NCBI GenBank assembly: GCA_040767085.1
Contig: JAXGPF010000004.1
Location: 256,001-320,000 of the forward strand
Length of the DNA: 64,000 nucleotides
From: Kiritimatiellia bacterium
GTDB lineage: Bacteria > Verrucomicrobiota > Kiritimatiellia > JAAZAB01
Direction: 5' to 3'
The notes beneath the pieces are model-generated. The model worked only from the letters and a program-made list of their open reading frames with translations, was not told the origin of the DNA and did not search any database. Positions 39,763 to 49,814 of the stretch are shown here, one piece after another (within the stretch, counting starts at the first letter, position 1; each line of letters begins with the position of its first letter). A program made the translations under genes and the position numbers.

Positions 39763-41411
39763 CGCGCCGCCGCCGGGCCGGCGTCCGGCGCGGCATCGGC
39801 CGCGGCCGCCGGCGGAGCCGGCCGCGGTGCAACCGGCGGCGCCGCCGCGAAATTCAGCCAGCCGATGGTGTGCAGGAAGGCGATCAACACCGCCGCCGGA
39901 CTCACAAACCGGATAAAAATCCCCCAGAGCGTCAGCGGCGTGATCAAGCCCCGGTCGCCCGGCTCATTCAGGCCGGCCAGCAGTTGCACCATGGAGGCGT
40001 CCGCGTAATCCCCGCCGCCCTGCCGGATTTCCGCGGCGGCCCGGCGGGCGCTCCAGATCCAGCCGACGAAGATCGTGATGAAAAATCCGCCCAACGGCAG
40101 CATCCAATTGGAGGCGGTGTGATCCAGCATGTCGAAAAACGAGCCTTTAACCGAGCCGAACACTTGCAACAGCACCATGTGCAGCCATGCCAGGCGCGCC
40201 CAATCGTTCAGGCTGATGGCGCACAGGCAACCCAGGCCGAAAATGCCGGCCCCCAGCAGCATGACGGCGCGCGGGCGCGTCCAGCCCCGTTCGTCTACAA
40301 AATAAGCCGTCACCACTTCCAGCAGGCTGACACCGGAAGTCAGGGCCGCCACCGCCAGCAGCAGGAAAAACAGTACCGCCCAGAATGCGCCCAACGGCAC
40401 ATGGAAAAACACCGCCGGGATGACCTTGAAAACCAGGCCCGTGCCGGCATCGGGACTGAACCCCTGGGCGAAGACCGCGGGAAAAATAGCCAGCCCGGCC
40501 AGCAACGCCACCGCCGTATCCAGGATCACCACCGACAGGCCCGCGGCAAAGAGGTTCTGCTGCTTTCCCAGGTAACTGCCATAGGTGATGATCGCGCCCA
40601 TGCCCAGGCTGAGCGAAAAAAAGGCATGGCCCAGGGCAATCAGCACGCTCTGGGCGGTGATCCGGCTGAAATCGGGGTTGAGGTAGAATTGCACGCCGGC
40701 GCGGGCGCCGGGCAGCGTTAATCCGCGCAGGATCAGCACCAGCAGCAGCACAAACAGCAACGGCATCAGGATTTTCGACCAACGCTCAATGCCGGCCCGC
40801 ACGCCTTTGTAAACAATGCCGATGCAAAGCGCCATGAATACCGCATGGCAGCCGATCGCCCAGGCTGGATGCCCGGCAAAACTGCCGAAGGCGGCGTCCG
40901 CCGCGGCGACATCCTCGAAATTCAGCCGGCCGGCCGCCGCCAGCACTATGTACCCGATGGTCCAGCCTCCGACGACGCTGTAAAAAGCCAGGATTATGAA
41001 CCCGGCGACCACGCCCATGACACCCACCATGATCCAGCGCCATCGGAATATCGCCATCCCCAGGAACAACGCCACGACTCCCCAACCCCACCATTGGAAA
41101 GCCAGCAGAAACAAGCCGCCGATGCAGATGGCCCCGCCCACCCCATGCGCCACGCGGCAGGAGCGGGGATTCAGCATCTTGAAGGCCCCGACCGGGTTGC
41201 GCTGGGTGTGCCGCCCCAGCGCCATTTCGCAGAGCATGACCGGCAGGCCGATCGTGGCAATGCAAAGCAGGTAAATCAACACGAAAGCGCCGCCGCCGTT
41301 TTCCCCGGTAATGTACGGGAATTTCCAGATATTGCCCAAACCGATCGCCGACCCGGCGGCGGCCATGATAAAGCCCCAACTGCCGCTCCAATGTTCGCGC
41401 GCGTTTGCCAT
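39759..41411 (-). CDS. Sodium-dependent transporter, NSS/SNF family
   Basis: REHW, AAGSAIGLGNIWKFPY, NGGGAF, AFFSLSLGMG, YGSY. Confidence 0.95.
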   Translation of the reverse strand: MANAREHWSGSWGFIMAAAGSAIGLGNIWKFPYITGENGGGAFVLIYLLCIATIGLPVMLCEMALGRHTQRNPVGAFKMLNPRSCRVAHGVGGAICIGGLFLLAFQWWGWGVVALFLGMAIFRWRWIMVGVMGVVAGFIILAFYSVVGGWTIGYIVLAAAGRLNFEDVAAADAAFGSFAGHPAWAIGCHAVFMALCIGIVYKGVRAGIERWSKILMPLLFVLLLVLILRGLTLPGARAGVQFYLNPDFSRITAQSVLIALGHAFFSLSLGMGAIITYGSYLGKQQNLFAAGLSVVILDTAVALLAGLAIFPAVFAQGFSPDAGTGLVFKVIPAVFFHVPLGAFWAVLFFLLLAVAALTSGVSLLEVVTAYFVDERGWTRPRAVMLLGAGIFGLGCLCAISLNDWARLAWLHMVLLQVFGSVKGSFFDMLDHTASNWMLPLGGFFITIFVGWIWSARRAAAEIRQGGGDYADASMVQLLAGLNEPGDRGLITPLTLWGIFIRFVSPAAVLIAFLHTIGWLNFAAAPPVAPRPAPPAAAADAAPDAGPAAAR

Positions 41412-41701
41412 AATTCGCCTGCCCCTCCAAAAACTGACCATGGTTCGTTTTAACCTAACGCGGCCGCCGGCGCGGCCGGGCCGCAAGCTCCTCAATGATG
41501 CCGCATGTAAATAATATACAACTCCCGCGGCAATGCAATTCTTGAAATCATATTTTTGCCGGCCAGCTTCCGGATACGCGGCAATCATCCAAAAACACAT
41601 AACCAGGCGGAAGCAGCTTGACTATGCCGGTCAAGTATTTCACAATCATACGCATGAATTTTCGGCAAGCTTTTCGCAGTCCTCTCCACCAGGAAAACAA
41701 C

Positions 41702-42616
41702 ATGCCCGCCACATCCAAAATCAACCTCACCGTCGTCGGCTCGCTCGCCCTGGATACCGTCGCCACTCCCACCGCCACCCGGCAGGATGTGCTGGGCGGC
41801 TCGGTAAGCTACGCCTGCGCCGCCGCCGCGCTGTTCACCCAGGCCGGCATGGTGGGCGTGGCAGGATCGGATTTCCCCACGCGCTATCGCCTGGCGCTCC
41901 AGCGGCGCGGGATTGACCTGGCCGGGCTTCAGCAAATCCCCGGGAAAACTTTTCGCTGGAGCGGCGCATACGAGGCGGACTTGAACAACCGCCGCACCCT
42001 CGCCACGCACCTGAACGTCTTCGCCGATTTCAACCCCCAACTCCCGGTCGCCTACCGCCGCTGCCGCGTGCTCTTCCTGGCCAATATCCACCCCGAACTC
42101 CAATTGCACGTGCTGTCGCAGGCGCAGCGGCCGGCGCTGGTGGCGGCGGATACGATGGATTTCTGGATCAACACCGCCCGGCGCAACCTGGTGCGCCTGA
42201 TCGCCAGGGTGGATATGCTCCTGATTAACGACGCCGAATCCCGCGCCCTGACTGGCGCGCGCAGCCTGGCGGATGCCGCCCGCAAAATCAGCGCCCTGGG
42301 ACCACGCTACGTCCTCATCAAGCAGGGCGAAAATGGATGCATGCTGTGGACGGCAGCCGGCATTCTGCTCCTGCCGGCCTACCCGCTGGCCAAAATCGTG
42401 GATACCACCGGCGCCGGAGATTCATTCGCCGGCGGCATGCTGGGGTATCTCGCGGCCTGCCCGCGGATCAATGCCGCCGCGGTGCGCGCCGCCATGCTGT
42501 ACGGCACCATCGCCGCTTCGTTCGCCGTGGAGTCATTCAGTATTGACCGGCTGGCCGGGTTGACCCGCCGGGAATTCAACCGGCGGCTGGCGGATTTTAA
42601 AAAAATGCTGGCGTAA
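41702..42616 (+). CDS. PfkB-family carbohydrate/nucleoside kinase
   Basis: VVGSLALD, LGGS, DTTGAGDSFAGG. Confidence 0.92.
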   Translation: MPATSKINLTVVGSLALDTVATPTATRQDVLGGSVSYACAAAALFTQAGMVGVAGSDFPTRYRLALQRRGIDLAGLQQIPGKTFRWSGAYEADLNNRRTLATHLNVFADFNPQLPVAYRRCRVLFLANIHPELQLHVLSQAQRPALVAADTMDFWINTARRNLVRLIARVDMLLINDAESRALTGARSLADAARKISALGPRYVLIKQGENGCMLWTAAGILLLPAYPLAKIVDTTGAGDSFAGGMLGYLAACPRINAAAVRAAMLYGTIAASFAVESFSIDRLAGLTRREFNRRLADFKKMLA

Positions 42617-42626
42617 AGGAGCTAAC

Positions 42627-44912
42627 ATGCCGCGCAATCCCTCCCTGCGACAACGCTTGACCGCCCTGATGGCCGCCGCTTTCATGGCGGCCATCCTGCC
42701 GGCGGCCGCCGCGCCGGTGACTCCCGACACCGCGCGCGCCGCCGCCGCCGGCTGGCTGGCTCTGCTCCACAACCCGCTGCGCGCCTTGCCAAACCGCGCA
42801 GTGCAGTCCGTGCACCTGCACCGCGCGGCGGATGGGTCGCCGCTGGTTTACGAAGCGCGTCTGCAGCCCGCCGGCTTTCTACTGGTTCCGGTGGACGACG
42901 GATTGGAACCGGTCTTAGCGTTCGCCGCGCGCGGCAATTTCGACCCGTCGCCCGCGCATCCGCTGGGCGCGCTGGCAGCCGGCGACCTGGCGGGCCGCAT
43001 GGCCGCGCTGCGCCTTCAATCGGCCGCCGGCCGCCGCCAGACCAACCGGCGGAAATGGGATTGTTTGATCGCGCAGCGGCGGGCCGGCATCGCCGCCGTG
43101 TCCGACGAACGCGTGCCGCCGCTGGTGCAAACCGCCTGGGACCAGATGGGTGTCGGCGGCGCGTTGTGCTACAATTACTGGACCCCCGACAATTATCCTT
43201 GCGGCTGCCTGGCAACTGCCCTGGCGCAGTTGATGCGCTACCACCGTTATCCTTTCATTGGCGTCGGCACGCCGTCCTTCGCCATCCGCGTCAACGGCGA
43301 GGAACAAACCCGGACCTTGATGGGCGGCGACGGCCTGGGCGGCCCGTACGTCTGGGATTGGATGACGCTCGCTCCAACCGCCGCCACGCCGGTGACCAAC
43401 CGGATGGAAATCGGCGCGCTCTGCCACGATATTGGCGTAGCCGCCGGATCACACTATGACACCTGGGCCACGGGCGCCGACCTCTTAGCAGGCACGGACG
43501 CGCTCCGCGGCACTTTTTATTACAGCCAGGTGATTGACGGCTTCAACGATAATGCCGACATTACCGCGGCCCTGCCCGCCATGCTCAATCCCGGCCTGGA
43601 CGCCGGACTGCCGTCAGTGCTGGGGATTTTCTCCTCCGACAGCGGCCACGCGGTGCTCTGCGACGGCTACGGTTATGCCGCCGGCACGCTTTACCATCAC
43701 CTGAACCTGGGCTGGGGCGCGTCGCTCGCCGCGGATAATGCCTGGTATGCCCTGCCCACCGTGGATACTTCCGCACTCGATTATAATGTCATCCGTATCT
43801 GCGCGTATAATATTTTTACCCACGGCGCGGGCGAAATCATCAGCGGCCGGATCACGGATTCCTACGGCCTCCCCCTGGCCGACGCCGCCCTGACCATCGC
43901 CATTCATGACGGCCCTACCCTGACGGCGACCTCCAGCAGCCGCGGTATTTACGCCTTCGTCCCCGTCCCCTCCAACCGCGCGGCCGATCTTTACGCCGCC
44001 AAGGCCGGTTACCGCTTCACCCCCCGGACGGTCCGCACCGGCGCGTCCCAAAGCGATGGCATTACCTGCGGCAACCTGTGGAACGTGGATTTCACCGGCT
44101 GGCTTTCCAACCTGCCCGTGCCGGCGGAATATGACGGCGACGGCCGCGCCGACCCCGCCTGGTATGACGAATCAACCGGCTTCTGGAAAGTCTGGCAATC
44201 CGCCCGGGATTACGAGGTCATTACTTTCCATTTCGGCGGACCGGGCTGGATGGCCGTCCCCGCCGACTACGATGGCGACGGCCTGGCCGATCCCGCCATC
44301 TACCACACCGCCGCCGGCCAATGGATGGTCCTGCGATCCAGCGATGAACACCGCCTGCTGGCTACTCAAGCGCCTTTCGGCGGACCGGGCTGGATGGCCG
44401 CCCCCGCCGACTACGATGGCGACGGCCGCGCCGACCCCGCCATCTACCAGGCCGCCGCCGGCGCCTGGCAGGCATTGCTCTCCAGCGAGAATTACTTCCC
44501 GCGAGCCCCCCAGGCAACCTGCGGCGGGCCAGGCTGGATGCCGGTCCCCGCCGATTACGATGGCGACCGACGCGCCGACCCCGCCGTGCATCAAGCGCCA
44601 GCCTGGCGGGTGCTGCTTTCCGGCGATTATTACCAGCCGATCAGCGCGGCATTTGACGAGGGTGACGCCATTCAGGCCGTGCCCGCCGATTACGATGGCG
44701 ACGGCAAAGCCGATCCGGCGGTTTTCCAGCCTGCCGCCGGCCAGTGGATTATCCACCGTTCATCCGAGAATTACCGCCGTCTGGCGATTCCCTTCGGCGG
44801 CGCCGGCCAGGCGGCGGCGCCGGCAGATTACAACGGAGACGGCCGGGCGGACCTTGGGCTGTATGCCATCAACGATGATTCCTGGCAGACGCTGGAAGTT
44901 GACCGCCGGTAA
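42627..44912 (+). CDS. Secreted C10-family (streptopain-like) cysteine protease with prodomain and C-terminal FG-GAP-like repeats
   Basis: Signal peptide; WDQ, GCLATALAQLMRYH, GHAVLCDGY, HLNLGWG; six PA(D/E)Y(D/N)GDxxAD repeats. Confidence 0.9.
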   Translation: MPRNPSLRQRLTALMAAAFMAAILPAAAAPVTPDTARAAAAGWLALLHNPLRALPNRAVQSVHLHRAADGSPLVYEARLQPAGFLLVPVDDGLEPVLAFAARGNFDPSPAHPLGALAAGDLAGRMAALRLQSAAGRRQTNRRKWDCLIAQRRAGIAAVSDERVPPLVQTAWDQMGVGGALCYNYWTPDNYPCGCLATALAQLMRYHRYPFIGVGTPSFAIRVNGEEQTRTLMGGDGLGGPYVWDWMTLAPTAATPVTNRMEIGALCHDIGVAAGSHYDTWATGADLLAGTDALRGTFYYSQVIDGFNDNADITAALPAMLNPGLDAGLPSVLGIFSSDSGHAVLCDGYGYAAGTLYHHLNLGWGASLAADNAWYALPTVDTSALDYNVIRICAYNIFTHGAGEIISGRITDSYGLPLADAALTIAIHDGPTLTATSSSRGIYAFVPVPSNRAADLYAAKAGYRFTPRTVRTGASQSDGITCGNLWNVDFTGWLSNLPVPAEYDGDGRADPAWYDESTGFWKVWQSARDYEVITFHFGGPGWMAVPADYDGDGLADPAIYHTAAGQWMVLRSSDEHRLLATQAPFGGPGWMAAPADYDGDGRADPAIYQAAAGAWQALLSSENYFPRAPQATCGGPGWMPVPADYDGDRRADPAVHQAPAWRVLLSGDYYQPISAAFDEGDAIQAVPADYDGDGKADPAVFQPAAGQWIIHRSSENYRRLAIPFGGAGQAAAPADYNGDGRADLGLYAINDDSWQTLEVDRR

Positions 44913-44915
44913 AAC

Positions 44916-46136
44916 TCAATGCTGCGGATTCCAGTATTCCATGTGGGGCCGCAACTGCAGCCGGCCGGTTTCCTGGCCGATCTCGCACATCAGGCAGGCG
45001 GCAAACAGCAAGAATAAAAGCCAGCCGGCCATTTTCACCAGCGGTGCGGTTGATTTCTTGATGAAAATCACCGCCGGCAGAATGCCGAACAGCACCACTA
45101 TCCCCACGCCCCCCACAATATTCAGCGCCTTCAGGAAAATATCCGGGTACACCATCGCAATGACCAGGGGCGGGCCGAAAGTCACCGCCACATTCGCCGT
45201 CCGGCTGCGCACCCGGCAGTGATTCTCAAGCATATCCCTGACAAATCCCATCAGCCCCAGGCCATTCGCCAAGTAGGAAGTGATGATCGCCAGCAGGGCA
45301 AAGATCATGCCAAACAGGGTGAAAAATCTGGAATTCAGGATGCGCGACATCGGCACCGTCGCCGGCAGATTCGCGTGAAAAGCCGACAGAATCCCATTGG
45401 CGCTGGCATCCAGCGGCAGCACCCCCAACCCCGCCATGATCCAGGCCGCATTCATCAGAAACCCGAGCAGCATGCCCGCCAGCATGACCTTCCATATCCG
45501 GCCGAAGTTCCAATCCAGGCTGACGCAGACATTGGGAATCACATTGTGGAAATGGAAGGCGGTAATGATAATCGGCGCCGCCGCCGGCAGGTAGGCCCAA
45601 TCCTTCCAGGCGAAATGCGCCGGATCTACGCGCCGCCAGGCCAGGGCCAGGATCAAGGCAAACGCGGCCAGCATCACCACCATGATCAACGCGTTATAGC
45701 GCAGGAACAGGCGGCTGTTCAGCAGGGCCAAGGCCGTGACCACCACAAACAACCCCGGCATCAGCAGTCCCCGCCAGACCTCCGGCACATTGAGCAGTTG
45801 TCCGATGATCGCGGCGCCGCCGGTCAGATAAGCCACCAAAAGACCATAAAGAATCAACATGTTGGCCAGAATGGCAACCCACTTGCCGAGCCGGCCCAGG
45901 TAACGCTGATACAGGCTGGGGTAATTGAAATTGGCCGCCCGCACCGTAACCGCCTCCCGCCCCAGGATCAACGCCGACCAGAACATCGCCCCGCCCAAAA
46001 CCGCCATCCCGGCCAGGGACGGCCAAAGCCCCGCCAGGCCGGTGTTGATCGGCAGCGCCAGGATGCCCGCGCCGATCAAGTTGCCCAGCACCAGGAAAGA
46101 CACGCCTGCCAGCAATAACCAGGATTTGCAGTTCAT
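44916..46136 (-). CDS. Aromatic amino acid permease, HAAAP (TyrP/Mtr) family
   Basis: GNLIGAGILALP, LYGLLVAY, AFHFHNVIP, AIITSYL; many hydrophobic segments. Confidence 0.88.
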   Translation of the reverse strand: MNCKSWLLLAGVSFLVLGNLIGAGILALPINTGLAGLWPSLAGMAVLGGAMFWSALILGREAVTVRAANFNYPSLYQRYLGRLGKWVAILANMLILYGLLVAYLTGGAAIIGQLLNVPEVWRGLLMPGLFVVVTALALLNSRLFLRYNALIMVVMLAAFALILALAWRRVDPAHFAWKDWAYLPAAAPIIITAFHFHNVIPNVCVSLDWNFGRIWKVMLAGMLLGFLMNAAWIMAGLGVLPLDASANGILSAFHANLPATVPMSRILNSRFFTLFGMIFALLAIITSYLANGLGLMGFVRDMLENHCRVRSRTANVAVTFGPPLVIAMVYPDIFLKALNIVGGVGIVVLFGILPAVIFIKKSTAPLVKMAGWLLFLLFAACLMCEIGQETGRLQLRPHMEYWNPQH

Positions 46137-46245
46137 AATATTTCCTAAAAATAAAATTGCTTTAGCCGTTTCATCCTTATATTATTCCCCCTGTTTTTGC
46201 AAATGCAAAATCCCGGCGCGGACATCCGCCGCCGGGGGCGCGCAT

Positions 46246-46321
<76 letters not shown>

Positions 46322-46476
46322 CCTTCCCCGTTAGCCATCCCGCCCGCGGCCGCGTTTTCCCGCACCCGCGCCTGATTTTGACCTGGGGCCGTAGCGCTTC
46401 CGCCGCCTCGCACACCGATCCAAAATTGCATGTTCTGCGCTTGACCAATTTGCCATATCGCCGCTAACATGTCCGC

Positions 46477-47601
46477 ATGGAAACCATGACATCCCGCGAG
46501 CGCATGATCTCGGTGATGCGGGGCGAGTTGCCCGACCGGGTCCCGTTTTTCCCGACGATTTACACCGATTACGCCTGCGCTGCCTGCGGCCATGCGTTTG
46601 AAGACGCCATCGTCAACCCGGCGTTCGGCGCGCAATGCATGCTCGGCGCCGCCCGCCGGAACCGGACAGACGCCGTGCGGTTCCGGCTGGGTCCGGGAAC
46701 CGCCTGGTACGCAGAGAAAGCCGTCGTGGCCTGCGACGGGCGACTGTTGCAAATTGACCGCAAGACCGGCGTCAGGGAAGGCCGGTTTGACGTCGAAGGC
46801 GGCGGCGCCTTCCATCCGGAAGAACCGCCGGCGCCTTGCGACACGCTGGCGGCCGTCCGCGCCCTGCCCGTGCCGTCGGCGGCGGAATACCTGCAACGCG
46901 GCTGCCTCCAAGACGCCCAGCCATGCATCCAGGCAGCCCGGCGCGATGGGTTGTTTACCGTGGCCATGTGCAGCGGCCAGACGATCAATTTCATGGTCGC
47001 GCAATTGGGCGACACCGCCACGGCGTTGATGTATTTGATTGACAACCCGGCATTGGCCCGGGAGTTGATCGCTAAAGCCGTGGCCATCACCCTGGAACAG
47101 ACCAAGGCCTTCATTCAAACCGGCGTGGATTGCGTCTATATCGGCGATTCCTACGCCTCCGCGAGCGTGATTTCACCCGATATCTACGAGCAGTTCTGCG
47201 CGCCAGCCTACCGGGAGATGGCGCGGGAAATTCACCGCCAGGGCGTGTTTTGCTACAAACATTGCTGCGGCAATTACAATCCCCTGCTGGAGCGTCTGCC
47301 GCAAATCGGGATTGACGCCATGGATGGCATTGATCCCACCAGCGGCATGTCGGTGCTGGAGACCAAACGCCGCATCGGCGCGCACCTGACGCTTATGGGC
47401 GGTATCAGTTGCCTGACATTGCTGAAGGGCACGCCGGATGAGGTGTATGCCGAGGCCCGGCAATGCGTGCTGGCCGGCAAACCGGGCGGACGTTACGCGC
47501 TGGGCAGCGCCTGCGCCGTCCCGCGCCATACTCCGCCCGCGAACCTGGACGCCGCGCGACAGGCGGCCGTTGATCACGGGCAATACGCCCAAAACGCTTG
47601 A
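46477..47601 (+). CDS. Uroporphyrinogen decarboxylase (MtaA/CmuA-like) family protein
   Basis: MTSRER, PDRVP, ISPDIYEQF, HCCGN, LMGG, LGSAC, TPPANL. Confidence 0.88.
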   Translation: METMTSRERMISVMRGELPDRVPFFPTIYTDYACAACGHAFEDAIVNPAFGAQCMLGAARRNRTDAVRFRLGPGTAWYAEKAVVACDGRLLQIDRKTGVREGRFDVEGGGAFHPEEPPAPCDTLAAVRALPVPSAAEYLQRGCLQDAQPCIQAARRDGLFTVAMCSGQTINFMVAQLGDTATALMYLIDNPALARELIAKAVAITLEQTKAFIQTGVDCVYIGDSYASASVISPDIYEQFCAPAYREMAREIHRQGVFCYKHCCGNYNPLLERLPQIGIDAMDGIDPTSGMSVLETKRRIGAHLTLMGGISCLTLLKGTPDEVYAEARQCVLAGKPGGRYALGSACAVPRHTPPANLDAARQAAVDHGQYAQNA

Positions 47602-47687
47602 ATCCGGCGGTCCCGCCGGAAGGCGGACAGGCATCCAGCCCCAGGCGCAGACCCGGAGGGGATCACCTTAAGTTTGGCCGGCGCGCT

Positions 47688-48602
47688 TTATTTGGCCGGA
47701 TGGACGGTCATGCCCTTGTCGGGCTTGCCGGAAATGACTTCACAATAGCTGATCTTTTCCTTGACGGAAGCAACCTTGATCTGGCCGGCCTGCTTCAATT
47801 CCGTGTCCAGCACCTCGCCGGTGTCATCGTCCACCAGGGTCTCCACCGCGCCGACATCAAACACCTGGCCGACTTCCACGCCCTCGCGCGTGCCGCGGTT
47901 GATAATGACCTTGTCGCCAGCCTTGATGACCGAACCTTCCCAGGGAATACTTTCAAGCTGCTTTTCCAGATATTCCACCGCCTGCACCACCGCATTCTCG
48001 CAGGCCTTGCCCACATTGTCCTTCTTAAAACCATCCGCATTGCCGCCAAAGGCTGATCCGCTATAGCCAATATTCAATCCACGCCGGCCGGCCTGCCCGA
48101 CCACCTTGGTGGAGGACTTGACCTGGCCGGTGGTGGAATCAACAATATAAATGGTGATATTTACTTCCGCCTTGTCCTTGGCGCCGCCGAGGGAAAAACC
48201 CTTGAAACTGATCCCGCCCCCGCCGCCGGTGGTGCTGTCCTGCACATGCGTCACCTCGCCCTTGACCAGCAACTGCGCGGGCGTCATCTGCCCGGTTTTG
48301 GGCGCCTTTTTGCCGCCGGCTACCCGGCCGGACGCCGCTAAATCCTGCTCCAACATGGCTTCGCCGCGCATATCCTTCTCACCCAGCACCACAAACTTGC
48401 CGGAGGCCTGCAAGGCATCCGTCAGAATCGAACCGAAGGCATCGCCGATTTCCCACTGCCCATGCCAGCCGGCCCGATTTTCAAATTTGGCAACACTGAT
48501 GGTGTAACGCAGATTCCCGGTGGCGCTGAAAACCTGGGACGCGAACAACCCTACCGCCGCCAGCAATGCCATCCGCCCAGCCATCACGATTCGTGTCTGC
48601 AT
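47688..48602 (-). CDS. CsgG/HfaB-like protein with FlgT-C-like C-terminal domain
   Basis: Signal peptide; ISVAKFEN, LQASGKFVV, AQLLVKGEVT, IVDSTTGQV; VIINRG...G..F.V...L.D.DTGEVL. Confidence 0.8.
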   Translation of the reverse strand: MQTRIVMAGRMALLAAVGLFASQVFSATGNLRYTISVAKFENRAGWHGQWEIGDAFGSILTDALQASGKFVVLGEKDMRGEAMLEQDLAASGRVAGGKKAPKTGQMTPAQLLVKGEVTHVQDSTTGGGGGISFKGFSLGGAKDKAEVNITIYIVDSTTGQVKSSTKVVGQAGRRGLNIGYSGSAFGGNADGFKKDNVGKACENAVVQAVEYLEKQLESIPWEGSVIKAGDKVIINRGTREGVEVGQVFDVGAVETLVDDDTGEVLDTELKQAGQIKVASVKEKISYCEVISGKPDKGMTVHPAK

Positions 48603-48807
48603 AATGCCTCCCATGCCTTTCAAACGACGATAACAATGGCCTCAATTCCCACGTTACTATACTTCTATATGGCAAAATTGTTTTTAAAAGTCAATATGCA
48701 AACAGGAAACGGCAATGGCCATGTTCTTATTTTTAGCGATTTTGCGGGCGGTACGGGGGTCAACCGGCTATGTTTTAGAAATTTAATCAGTTAAGGACGT
48801 TGACTTA

Positions 48808-48877
48808 AACCAACGTTGCCGGCTTGAGCAGGGGAAATGCCGCTGTCCCCTTGTCCGGCGGAAGCATTCCGTTGTGG
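48808..48877 (-). mobile_element. Degenerate attC-like site after cassette 2
   Basis: Minus strand ccacAAC...gccgg..aggggA loop Tcccct..ccggc..GTTggtt immediately after the stop. Confidence 0.4.
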
Positions 48878-48885
48878 GGCACTTC

Positions 48886-49719
48886 CTATTGTCCCAGCCT
48901 GTATTCGCGGAAGCTCTGGTGAATGTTGCCGTCGATCCGGACAACCGCTTCTCCTTTTCCATTCTCGCCAGGCAACAGCTTGTACCAGACGAATTCGTTG
49001 CGGGCGTTGATCCGGTCAAGGTCCGCGGTAAATCCGTCCACGGCCCTGCGCATGGCCTTCTCGAAATCCTTGGCGACAAAAAACCTCGCGAATCCATCCG
49101 TGTTCGTGTAGTCGCGCCAGGCGGTATAACCCCACATGGCCATGGGTTCCGCTGGGTCGGGGATGTACAGAGTTGTCCGCTGGACGAAGTCCAGATTGTC
49201 GAGGGTTTTGACGACGTCGTACAGGTCACGCGGGACGTCGTTCTGCGGCGGAGCAGGGAACGCGCCAACCAGCCCGACGATCTTCGGCTGGAAATTGCCG
49301 ACCTGTTCGGCAGCCAGTTGCTTGAACACCCCGCACCGCTGCGTCAGCACGATGTAATCAAGCAACGCGCAGCAACCGACCAGCAGGGCCATGACGGCTA
49401 CCACGCCCAACATCCTTGCGGCATAAGTCCTCTTCGGCGCATCCGGGACTTCCTGCTGGTTGGTCCGCGACTGGACGAATTGTTTGAAGTCCCGGACCGA
49501 TTCCTGCATGGCAATGATCACAGCCATCACGGCGCCAAATCCTGCCAACGCCATGCACGACCCGAAAACGCCGTACAGGCACGCCTCCAGTTTTGGGCCA
49601 AAGATATCCCAGTTCAGCGCTGCGTTGAATATACCGAGGACGACGAGCACCGCGCCGATTGTCAGCAGGATCAGCGTGAAGGACACAACCAAGCTCAGCA
49701 GTTTGACTTTAGTTTTCAG
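48886..49719 (-). CDS. Hypothetical membrane protein (integron cassette-like)
   Basis: Three N-terminal hydrophobic segments; ORF extends to CTG 49719 (KTKVKLLSLVVSF) behind AGGGAG; next start TTG 49692. Confidence 0.7.
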   Translation of the reverse strand: MKTKVKLLSLVVSFTLILLTIGAVLVVLGIFNAALNWDIFGPKLEACLYGVFGSCMALAGFGAVMAVIIAMQESVRDFKQFVQSRTNQQEVPDAPKRTYAARMLGVVAVMALLVGCCALLDYIVLTQRCGVFKQLAAEQVGNFQPKIVGLVGAFPAPPQNDVPRDLYDVVKTLDNLDFVQRTTLYIPDPAEPMAMWGYTAWRDYTNTDGFARFFVAKDFEKAMRRAVDGFTADLDRINARNEFVWYKLLPGENGKGEAVVRIDGNIHQSFREYRLGQ

Positions 49720-49726
49720 AATCTCT

Positions 49727-49772
49727 CCCTTGTGGCGCAGTGCAAGCCGTCGCCTCGAAGGCGTGGTTGGCG
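49727..49772 (-). mobile_element. Degenerate attC-like site after cassette 1
   Basis: cgccAAC-cacgc-cttcgagg...ccacaag (R'', L'', L' boxes); closing GTT absent. Confidence 0.55.
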
Positions 49773-49814
49773 ATGTTCTCTATTCTGACAGAAACGCTCC
49801 GCTCGTTGAAGGGG

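Noticed and set aside
44230..44430. DNA direct repeat tttcggcggaccgggctggatggcc
   Set aside because: Explained by the protein repeats of the C10 protease tail.
47602..47630. Intrinsic terminator between convergent genes
   Set aside because: The stem tccggcgg/ccgccgga has only a 2-nt loop and no U-tract.
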